Of a stretch of DNA of 64,000 nucleotides, positions 36,293 to 48,300 are shown one piece after another. Position 1 is the stretch's first letter. Every line of letters starts with the position of its first letter. Made by a program: the position numbers and the translations under genes. A model generated the notes under the pieces. It saw only the letters and a program-made list of their open reading frames with translations. It was not told where the DNA came from and did no database searches. The DNA comes from Cenococcum geophilum (lineage: Eukaryota), in NCBI GenBank assembly GCA_050273025.1, contig CP158635.1:31000001-31064000 (forward strand). Reading direction: 5' to 3'.

Positions 36293-39200
36293 TGTTAGGA
36301 ATATAGGCAAGTTACCGTTACGTGCGGCAAGTTGCCGTTACGTATTGGTACGGCACTAGTATGGCGAGGAGCCTTAAGCTCCTCGCCCCCCCTAATAAAT
36401 ATATAACAGAACAATTATCATACTATCTACGAACCGTAGCTACGTAATATTACCTTATATAACTAATACTAATTAGTGGTTAACTTTACTATTATACTAT
36501 AGAGTAGCTAGGTATTCTACTAAGAAGAGATAAGCTACTATACCAGTGCTACTCATACTAAAGGAAGCTGTCTTTTAAGGTTAGAACTAGTCCTAAACCT
36601 TAATTAGAACTCTTCCACAAATCTAAGGATCTAAAGGCTAGAACTGGTCCTAAGCCTTCCTAAGATTATAGATTCTTACGTCCATTACGCAGAATAACAC
36701 GCTTTACGAGTCTTCGCGATTTAAGGCTAGAACTGGTCCTAAGCCCTATAACCGCAAATATACGTTATAAATGCGTACTAAACGACAAACGCGTACTAAA
36801 TGATAAATATATATTACGAACGCGTACTAAACAATAATCTCTATACTAATAACACTTCCCTCCCTCCAAAAATATGGCTACGCCTACTTTAAATAACTAG
36901 AAAGACTCCTTACTACTAGGGGTAGCTAAGCACGCGAAACTTATTAATAAAGATTGGGATGAATTCGCCTTTAATATAATAACTTATACCATAAAACAAG
37001 TTAACGGCTTTCTTCTATACTATATTATATTCTACCAAAATAGATACTATACCAATTCACAACTATAGGAGTATTTTAGGGAGGATTTCGTAGGATGGAC
37101 TGCTAATACCTGGGCACTTAGCAACGTTAATATTGTTTGGGATTTTTAAGACTTCCTCTATAGGAATAGGGTATATATTACTAAGAACGGTAACCTAATT
37201 GCTAGCAATATTTAGGCCGTTATTATTAGTATAGAAGAACTAATATAGACGGAAGCTAAGATTATACGTTAACTACGGAAACCTAAAAACAACCTATATT
37301 CTTTGGAAGGCAACTTTAATTCGTATTAAAACCCCTAGAACGCTAACCCCCCACCTCCACCTAGAGGTGCTCTCCTACTTAGAGTTGCTCTACCTCTACC
37401 TCCTCCACTCTAGCCAACCGGTAAGCCTTTATTATAAGAAGTTATAAATCTAATAAAGGTATATTCGGACAAAGAGAAGAAGTTTAGAGGAGAATTATAT
37501 AATATACTTAGAGCAAAACTATAGGTCTTTTATAACTGTTATAATAAAGTCAGAATTTAACGCCACTAATACTATTACGCTTTCTCTGTTATATTAAAGG
37601 GACGGGTAGCAATATTCTATTACGACTATATTACGGGTAAAAACTATAGTTTTAATATAATGCTTTAGCTTATTAGAGCCTACTTTAAGACTAATAAGAA
37701 TCGCCAACTTTATATATCTAAATAGCGAGAGACTATATTCTAGAGAGTTATTGCTTCTAACCTAATAAAGACTTATTTAGAGTGCCTTTAACTACTCTTT
37801 AATAAACTCTAGAAAATCCAATATGGCCTTACTAAAACTTACTAAAATAAGAACAGTGTAAGGGACTAGGTTATTTTAGCATGCCATAGCATTCCTAAGT
37901 ACAACTTAGCGCTATATAAACCTATAGACACGTTTAAAGGAGTATATACTAAGCTACGCTTTGCTATAGGTACTGTAATATAAACATAAAAATCTTAATA
38001 GCTCTATACCGAAAACCCTACCTAACTAAGTACTCCTAACTAATACGATTATAACTAGACTGATTAAATATATAGTAGCCGTAGTAGGGAATACGGAAGA
38101 GGGTATAATTAATATTAACTATAAGGTAATTATGGAGGTCTTTATAGAGGTTTATTTTAAAGTAATTGCTAGAAAAAGTGCTACGTTTATAAGAAGCTAA
38201 ATTGCTAGTTAACTAGATACTCCTTTAATAAACAAAAAGAGGCATATAATAGGTTCCGTTAGAGTATAAGAAATATTAGAAATTATAAGGTTACTACGGC
38301 CTACTTCTAAAGCTTCCTAGTTTATTATAAAGGCGTAGAAGATCTTAAGGGTAAAGTTAATAAGACTGAATAGCTCCTTATAGATATAGAAATTAAGGAC
38401 TACTTACCTAACCAATACTTTACTAAGTATGGTGAGGTAAATGGCATATAAACTATCGCTGTTCTTAACGACCAATCTACGCTCCATTCTATTATAAAGT
38501 TAGATATCTTTAATGAGCCAAAGGAGAGCTCCGCGTTTTCCTTTAATAATAGATACTCAGTGAACGTCTTCTATAGTATTATACTGGATACTAGAGCTAT
38601 AGGAGTATCTATAGTAGGAGAACCTTAAGTTCGAGCCCTTTAGTAGCTTAATAGCTCTGTTTAGATTGACTATTTAACGGTAGGCCAATATACGATTCGC
38701 TTTAGTAAAGGTACTGTGATCTTTTTTAGCACAATTAGGGTCCAAACCCCCTTAGGATATATTACTTTCTATATTATTCCTACAAATACTCCATTTCTAT
38801 TTTACATTAAAGATATAAATAAATTAGCCGTTAGGCTTAATAACCTTAAGAATATACTTATTTAGGGAGATAATTAGGTGCCCGTTATACGCAAGTAGGG
38901 TTACCCCTAGTTACTCCTTTATTAACTAGAAAGGAGTGTTGCTTAAAGTCACTTAACTAAGTCAGAATTACGCCAACTGCACTATTATTTTAGCTACTTA
39001 TCCGTTTATTAATTGCTTAGGGTTCTTTAGCAAATAGGCTATAAAGTTAAGGTTAAGGCAATTAAATATTTTATAAAGTACTGCTATTACTGCCAAATAA
39101 ACCAGAAGTCCCCTAGCCAATTTAAGTTTACCCTTAAGAATAACTACGACTTTAACTTCTATATTATTATTGATGTTATATATCTTAGCGGCAAGCTAGT

Positions 39201-42200
39201 GCTCTAAGTTATTAACTTCTCAACCTCCTTCTAAGCCGCGCGTTTCTTAAAAGATATATTAGCTAGAAACATATAAGATACCCTTTAGTTATACTAGATT
39301 AATATCTATTTAGGACCCCCTAATTAAATCGTCTATAACGTAGGAAAGAACTTCTTATATATAGAGTTTTAGCAGTAGATAAAGGCAATGGTAATTAAGG
39401 TCAAGGAAGTCCCCGTTAAGGCATATAATAGTATTAAAAAAGTAGAGCAATATTACACGCTATTACGCCGCGTATATAAGATTATCTCTTTAGAACTAAA
39501 GGACGCTAGTAAAGAACTTACCTTATAAATGGCTGTTAAAGCCATTAACGATTTCGCTAGCCCGGATGGACTCGTACCTATATTACTAGTCTTTAGCGCC
39601 TACCCTTAAATAACTAATAATTCTCTACTATCTCCCTCTATTATATAATAAGCCGAGGCTATTCGTAAGGCAATAAAGGAGGTATAACGTCTCTACGCTA
39701 TATGCTAGGTTAGTAACGCACTAGGAATAAGAAATAGCCTAAATACCTTAACTACGCTTAATCTGCTACTCTAGTCTAAAGTACGCGTATAGCGTGAAAA
39801 GGGAGGATAGTTAGGCCTATACCAACTTATTACAATTAATAGTTAAACTTATACTATTTAGATGCCTCACGGACCTACTTAATTCCGTTTAACTATTATT
39901 AAACCTTACTATAAAGATAATAATTCCGAGCCTTTGTAGGATGCCCTAGAAGATACCCTAAAGGAGAATTACAATTAACGTGCTTTAGAAGGCGACTACA
40001 ACCCCAATATAATTATAGTAGAGGCGCTATAACCACGACGCGGTAGAGGTCACCCGAAGGGATTATAAAATCGCTAGTATCTTATTAATTTTAAAGAACA
40101 ATTTATTACCGCCATTAAGAATAAAGTCGAGTTATTAATGGCCTTTATAATAGCTAAAGAGAAGGCTAACTTTAAGCTCGCAAAACAGCTCTAAAAGGAA
40201 GGTTGTATTATAACCCTAGGAGCTCCTTTCTAAGTATCCGATAAGTAGGAGATCGACAGTCTTATCATAAGAGGAGTCTTTAAATTTAAGAAGTATAACC
40301 CTACTAAGTTTAATAAAGTTCGTATCTTTAAGTTAAGGATGGTTAATAAGATTAAGGGCAAAGCTACTAACGCCCCATTTAAGAAATTAAGGCTTATTAT
40401 CTAAGGTTACAACAATAATAGTAAAGAGATAATTCTTATATAATCTCCTATAATTTAACGAGCTAGTTAGCGAGTTATTTTTATATTAGCTCCCTCCTTA
40501 ATAAAGAATGGAATGGCGGTTTATTTATAAGATATTACCTAAGCCTATACCTAATTAGAGACGCACCTTTAGCGCTTAATATTGGCATACCTCCTAGAGC
40601 AAATTCGCCACCAGTATCCTAAAGATACGATTATGGTTATGCTTAAGCCATTATATAGAATTATAGAGGCAGGAACTTACTAGTAGGCTACCTACAGCAA
40701 GCACTATAAAGAGAAGCTTTTGATAACTACTTCTATATTTAATCCCTGCTTCCTTATTATAACCATAGAAACTCTATTTAGAATTATCGGCATATAAACT
40801 AATAATATAATTATTTTAGAGGACGACCAATTCTTAGCTCTTAAAGAAGATAAGCTAGTAAAAGTAAATCTTATAGTAAAGCTAAAAGAAAAGCTTAATT
40901 TAACAATACCATTACTCTTTAATAAATGCATCCTCTCCCTAAATAAGGATTCCATTGCATTACGCCAGAAGGGTTAAGGTAAGAAGATCGACGTTATTAA
41001 CGTTAATTCTCTAAAGCAAGGATACGTGGAGTAACGTGCTTATAGAGCTTATGTTGCTTCTATCTGTCAACCCAAGGCTTTATTTAATCTTTCTGTTGCC
41101 GCTTAACACTAGGAACCTACTAAGGACGACGTTCTTGCCCTAAATAAACGTCTTTTTTTAGCAAATAAACCATCTCGATTAGGGACTACTCTATATACCT
41201 ATTAATCTTCCTACCGCTAAGCTCTTTATATTTATTAATAGATCGTTTATAAATAATAAATATTTTAGCTCCTAGTTAGGATATAAGATTATTATCGCGA
41301 ACGAATTTACTAGAGAGAATAACTTCACAATCTATAGCAATCTTATCTATTAGAGCTTAACTAAGAGTAAGCATATTACCTAAAGTGTTTTAGCGTTAGA
41401 GATATATAGAATAGTTAGCGGAGTTAATATAGCAACTGTAATCGGAACTACCCTAAAGATAATTATAGATCGGCTCGAACTTCCCGTTATCCCTATAATT
41501 GTATACACTAACTTATATTCCCTCTATAAGTGTTTAGTTAAGCTTAGTACTATAAAGGAAAAGCGCCTTATAATTAATATTATGGCACTTTAGTAGTTCT
41601 ACGAGCATTAAGAACTCTTTAAGATTTAATAGATTAATGGCTAAGATAACCTAGCAGATGCGATAACGAAGGCAAACCTAAATAAGGTACTAGAGACGTT
41701 TATTAATATAAATACTCTACGTATATAAGTTAAAGGTTGGGTTAAAAGGGAGTCCCTAGAAATTTCTTAGTTACGTAAGGCCTTAAGATATCTAGGAACT
41801 TCAACCGGCGGTTAAAGTTGTCTAATTAGTTAGATTCTCTTGCTAAGACTTTTTTTAGAGGGGGGAGTATAACATTCTGTAGACCCTAACTTAACCTAGC
41901 TAATTAGGATTTTCCATCCCCGGGATGGAAAATCGCTATTGGCTCGCTTACTACTAGCGCCTTGGCGGCCCTCTAAATAAGATATCTACCTATAACTCCT
42001 AAGTAAGAAAAGCACCACGTGCTAAGAGGCAAACTTTTAGGATAGCGAGACTTATATTATAATGGCAATAGTAAGTAAGGAGGATTAATATTTGTTATGC
42101 TAGTCGAGCGGTATATATATATAGATAGCAACCGCAAAAGAAGAGTTGCCAGTGTTGGGAATATAGGCAAGTTGCTGTTACGTGCGGCAAGTTGCCGTTA

Positions 42201-42328
42201 CGTGTTGCTGCGGTACTAGTGTGGCGAGGAGCCTTAAGCTCCTCGCCCCCTCTAATGAATATACAATAGAACAATTATTATACTATCTACGAACCGTAGC
42301 TACGTGATATTACCTTGTATAACTAACA
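36293..42328 (+). mobile_element. Full-length Ty1/Copia Copia-X copy 2 (6036 bp, GalEa-like)
   Basis: 176-bp LTRs at 36293-36468 and 42153-42328. TSD TAATT at 36288-36292 and 42329-42333. gag ATG 36874, knuckle KCYVCKKPNCW ~38175, protease PDTGAAG ~38584, integrase, RT GMQTDDTI ~40789, RNase H. PPT AAAAGAAGAGTTGCCAG. Confidence 0.96.
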
Positions 42329-43938
42329 TAATTCTTTTCTTTATATCTAAACTACTAGAGATATATAATAATAGCTAGGATATAATATAAATCTAATTAT
42401 ATAGGGAAATATAGTAGTAGAAAACTATACTAGGCTAAACTAGGTATATAATAGGTATATTATATAGGTAAAACAATATAGCGCTAAATTCGTACTAGAT
42501 AAATACTAGCTTATCTACTTTATAAGGGAAAAAAAGTAAGTAGTAACCTAGCTTTAATAGTAAATATCTAGAGCTGCGAAGTAAAACTAGAAGTTACCCT
42601 TAAGGTCTTAGGGGTTTAGGTAGACTTTAGGTTAAACTAGAATGAGTATATTATATAGGCAACTTATAGAAAAGTAATAGTATTTTCAGTAGTATTATAA
42701 ATTACTACTTTAATATAGAGACTCCCTTTTAAATATATACGCCTACTATATATAGTAGTAGTAAGGCTAATAGTGCTATACGGCTCCTAGATCAAGGGCC
42801 TAGAACTAAGTAGTAAGGTACTAATAAAAAGCTTTCTAGCGCTACTAGCTAAGCTATAAAACATATAGAACTATAGGGGCCTATAGGAGAATACTACACG
42901 CCGTACTAGAACGCGAAGTAGTAGTTCTACTACTAGACTTATATATTAACTTAATAGAAGAAAATATAAAATAAGTACTAAAATATATATAAGGAACGAG
43001 ATATATATATAAAGCAATAGCCCCTTAAAGGGGCGATACGCCTAAATATACTAGCTGGGAAGCCCGCTACCTATAAGTAATAAAAAGAAAAAAAGGAAAT
43101 ATAGGAACTATTAGCTTATTAGGTAAAGACCTAGCGCTATACTAATAGAGCGCTATAACGGTAATAGAGGATAGAAGGTTACTAATATAAATAGAGATCT
43201 ACTATACTAAGTATAAGATAGATAGATCTTAAATAGAAGCGATAATAGAAGGAGGTAGCGAAAATATAAGACGTAGCTATAAAGAACACCCTATAGTTAA
43301 TACTAATAAAGGCAAAATCTATAGCCGCCTTTTTACTATAAATAAAGGTTTTAGGCCTAAATATATAGCTAATAAGTATCTATATTCTAAATACCTTACC
43401 TTAGTATATATACAGGTGGCCTATTTAGTTAATACGCTATATACTACTATTTTATAGCTATTACTTAGTAAGGGATTAGCTATTTACTAATATAGGTATA
43501 AATAATAATACCTAAACACTCTCTATAAGTAGAGGCCTATAGGTAATAGTAAAATAGCTTATATATTAAGGAATTCTTTAATAGTTTTAAATAGTATATA
43601 AGATCTAATAGGAGGATACTAAAGGATATGCCCTATTTTAGCCCCTTAAGGACCAAATACCCCCGCCTAGTTATAGGCGGCTTATTAGTAAATCGCTAGA
43701 CCCTTTTACTACCTCCTCTTAGATCTTTTAATATACCTAAAAAGTATAGTATATAAGGTAGACTAAAAGATATAAAGATATACTAGCTAGGTAAAGGCGA
43801 AATATATAAAACTAGCTAAAAGGAAATACTTAGGTTTTCCCCCTTATAGGGCTTTTTCCTATATTAAAAGGTAAAAGCCTATATAGACCTAAAAATAGAC
43901 TAAATTAGGTAATAAATAGAATTAATAATAATAATATA

Positions 43939-44443
43939 CTATATACTACTTTTCTATAGCTACTGCTTAGTAAGGTACTAACTATTTATAAATATAAGTA
44001 TAAATAATATTACTTAGATACTCTCTATAAGTAGAGGCCTATAAGTAGTAGTAAAATAGCTTATAGGCTAAGAAGTTCCTTAGTAGTTCTAAATAGTATA
44101 TAAGATCTAATAGGAGGATATTAAAGGATACGCCCTTTTCTAGCGCCTTAAAGACTAAATACCCCTACCTAGCTATAGGTAGTACGCTAGCAAATTACTA
44201 AATACTTTTACTACTCTCCCCTTAGATCTTCTAATATACTTAGAAAGTATAGTATATAAGGTAGACCTAAAGATATAAAAATATATTAGTTTAGTAAAGA
44301 TAAAACGTATAGAACTAGCTAAAAGGAAATACTTAGGTTTTCCCCCTTATAGGGCCTTTTCTTATATAGAAAGGTAGAAGTATATATAGATTTAAAAAGG
44401 AACTAAATTAGGCAATAAATAGAATTAATATAATAATTATATA
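43939..44443 (+). mobile_element. Second, 5'-truncated LINE 3' end in tandem
   Basis: ~500-bp diverged direct repeat of 43437-43935, including the tail. Confidence 0.8.
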
Positions 44444-45359
44444 CTTAAGCCTAAAGCTTAATATAAAGTTTTAAATCTCTTTATAAATATTTATATTAAT
44501 TATATTTATTGCCTAATTTAGTCCCTATTTAGGTTGTTATAGGCTTTTACCTTTCTATATAGGAAAAGGCCTATAAGGGGAAAACCTTAAGTATTTCCTT
44601 TTAGCTAGTTCTATACATTTTATCTTTACTAAACTAATATATTTTTATATCCTTAGGTCTACCTTATATACTATACTTTTTAGGTATACTAGAAGATCTA
44701 AAGGGGGTAGTGGAAGTATCTAGTAATTTACTAGCGTACTACCTATAGCTAGGCGGCGGTATTTAGTCTCTAAGGAGCTAAAAGGGGGCATATCCTTTAG
44801 TGTCCTCCTATTAGATCTTATATACTATTTAGAATTACTAAAGAACTCCTTAACCTATAAGCTATTTTAATACTATTTATAGGCCCCTACTTATAGAGAG
44901 TATAGGTAATATTATTTATACCTATATTTATAAATAGCCAGTACCTTACTAAGCAGTAGCTATAAAAAAGTAGTATATAGTATACTAACTAAATAGACTA
45001 TCTATAAGTATATTAAGGTATAGTATTTAAAATATAGATACTTACTAGCTATATATTTAGGCTTAAAATCTCTATCTGTAGTAGGAAGGCGGCTATAGAT
45101 TTTACCTTTATTAGTCCTTTATATAAGGGGAGTATTAGTATTAACTATAGGGTATTCTATATAGCTATATCTTATATTTTTACTACCTCCTTCTATTATC
45201 GCTTCTATTTAAGGTTTACCTATCTTGCAATAAGTATAGTAGATCTCTATCTATACTAATAGCCTCTTATCCTCTATTACTATAGTAGTACTCTACTAGT
45301 ACGGCGCTAGGTCTCCACCTAATAAGCTAATAATTTCTATATTTTTCTCTCTCTCTCTA

Positions 45360-48300
45360 TATTACGGCACTGGCAGAAAGCAGCAACTATAATAGACGTT
45401 ATAATAGACGCAGGGCTTACGTGACTCTTACGTGACTAAGGATCATATATAACTCCTCGCGTTACTACTTATCCTTTCCTTTCCTTTTCTTTAGCTTTAG
45501 ATTCTCGTTTATAGACAATCCAATTATATAGGCTTGCACGTCCCTTATACCGTGCTTATACCTCAATTAACTAAGTCGCTAACATTATCTAAAGCTTAAA
45601 CCACCCTTTCTTCCTAAGAAGGAACTTAAATATATTTATAGGACTATAAATAGGACAAGGACACAGAATAGGACCTTAAGGATATTACTAGGACTACAAG
45701 GATAGAACCTAAAGGAAAAGAATAGAACCCTAAGGAAAGGACCTATAAGATACGCACAGACTAGAACCCTAAAGAAATTACCTAAAATTACCTAATACCC
45801 TAGCACTATGCCACGAAATACAGTAGTAGGTAAAGCAGCTATAAGACCTGCAAACGCCTTAAATAAAGAAATAATTAATATCTTAACCCCTTAAGCAGAG
45901 CTCGCAGCAGCTAATGCTAAAATTAAACGGCTACGAGAACTGCTTAAAACTAGAAGCACCTCTATATCTAGCGAGGACCTATTAGATAGACTTACTATAG
46001 TCCTTAAGGCCCTAGCCTAACGTATAGCATTAGGATTGTTATAGTCCGCAAAGGTTATAGACCCCCTATTACTTACAGACGGAGCCAACCCTATATTTAA
46101 TAATTAGAAGCTTTAATTACAGGATAAGCTCAAAGTTAATGCGGACTGCTTCCCTACTACTTAAGCTAAAATGGCCTATATTTTCGGCCGTACCGGTGGA
46201 GACGTATAGATATATCTACGTCCGCAATACGCCTAGGACTTAGCAGAGCCCTTCCTCTCTAAAGAAGAAATAATTAACTACCTGTCTTCTATTTATAAGG
46301 ACCCTTTTAGGGTATAAAACGCCCGCCTTAGCTATAAAAGTCTAAATATGAAAATAATGGAGACCTTTTTAGCCTTTTAGACCCGTTTCTTACACCTAGC
46401 TAAATAAGCCTAGATTTCCTAGGAAGACCTACTTCTAGACCTCTTTAACAAGCTTACCCTAGACCTATAGCGGGCTGTACTACTAGCTTTTACTACTATA
46501 TAGACGTTAAAAGAACTTATAAATTACTGCCTAGCTATTAACTAAGGCCTCTATTAAATTAAGGCACGAGCTAACCGGATAAAGGCTAGGAATCCCCCAA
46601 ATTAAGCTATAAGTAATATAAGAACAGCCCATAATACCCTAGTATAACCCGTAATACCTACTACGCCGGCCGCTAACCTAGCGACTAGCCGTATAGCTAG
46701 CCCTGCCGCGGGCTAAGCGCTTACTTAGCCTACCTATAGCGACCCCCGTATATAGGCCCTTAGTAATTAAGGGGCTTACTTCTTATACGGTTAAAAGGGC
46801 TACTCTATAAGGAACTGCCTAATAAAGGCAAAAGCGGACGAGGTTTTGTTAATCTAGGAAGATAGTATAGAGTTAGAAAAAGAAAAACCCTAGAGAAAGA
46901 CTCCTCTCTAGGGTTAAAAGGGATTAATATATTATATATTAATCTAGGTTAGCTAGTTAGTAGAAGAAGCTGCACTATCCCTTATACTTTATTCCGTAAT
47001 AGATATTAAGTTTTAATCTCTACCTTAGCCAACTCTAGAGTAAATGCCTTTACCCTAATTAACACTTAGTATGCTGTAAAGCTAGCTAACTTTCTTAATA
47101 TACCTATATAAGACCTGCCTAAACCAATTCCTATTCGTGGGTATAATGGACGGGTAGGGTAACCTATTATAAGTATTTTGCGAATATACCTCCGCGTTAA
47201 TAGGCGAAGGTAGTATAATATCCCCTTTCTAATTACGGACCTTAGAAGCTATAATATAATCTTAAGGAGGAAATAGCTAGCCTATTTAGGCTTATAGCTT
47301 AACGTATAAAGTAGATAGCTTATCTAGCCTAAAACCCTACCCCTAACCCCCTCTTTTATAAAAGAAATTAGCATTACAATAGAAAACCTAGTATAACCCT
47401 AGATTAATACTATCTACTAAGCCGATGCTATACGTAGAGACTAGGCCTTTAAGAAGGATATATAGCTTAACCCGTAACGGATCCGTATATTACGCCGCCC
47501 CTAGGCTACCTATATTACGCCACCCGCACCATAGACTTAGGAAGTCAATAGTGATTTACCTAAGTCCCTAGTAGAGAACCTAGGCCCTATATAGCTATAA
47601 TAGAAGGCTAGGAATATTGGACGGTATACTAAACTAATAGACTAAAAGGACAATTTACGGAAAATAAAACGCGAGTTAAGGAAGACTATAAACCCTATAC
47701 TGTAAAATACGGCCTAATAAACATCTATAAAGAAACCTACGGACCTCCCACCAGTTAATATCTACTATATTAACGCTATAGGATTCTACCAAAACTTAGT
47801 TCAGCTAAATACCATTGCCTTTATAACTAGCTTATATGAAATTAATTAAATAATTAAAGAAAAAGAGACCCTAGCCTAAAAGGGGGATAAGCTTATAGAT
47901 AAGGAGCTAGTACAACGGAAACTACTGTTACGGCACTGACGCGCGTAACCTGGATAGGGCCTAGTCAGGGGGGTTCGCTTACGTCTTGGCTCTATGTATA
48001 TAGACGTGTCCTTTCCACGACCTTCTTCTGCTCCTCATCTTGATATCCGGGTCTATAGACATTCCAATTGTACAGGCTTGCATACGTTCTAAACGGCGCT
48101 CGTGCCTCGATTAACTGAGTCGCTGTAACAACTACCCTATTAGTACTAAGAGTTTAAGGATATATTCTCTAAGGCAGCATCTAATATGCTCCTACCCTAC
48201 TAACTATATAATTATAAGATCGAGATTAAACTAGATAAGGAAAACGTCCTTAGCTATACCCCCCTTTATAAATAATCTATTGCTAAATTATAGGCTACTA

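Larger units (their letters stand above)
31041..43937 (+). mobile_element. Tad-like LINE relic (end of ORF1, ORF2 APE-RT, 3' tail), split by two LTR elements
   Basis: Segments 31041-32779, 35955-36292 and 42334-43937. De-RIPped motifs: endonuclease VLGDFNAHH ~31588 and DHIPI ~31830; RT KAPGPD ~32526, QMGARK ~35972, GIPQGSPLSPIL ~36254. 3' end AATAAA...(AAT)n. Very heavily RIPped. Confidence 0.85.

Noticed and set aside
40704..40955. ORF repeated at 57230-57481
   Set aside because: Antisense shadow of Copia-X RT in two copies of the same element; not independent conservation.
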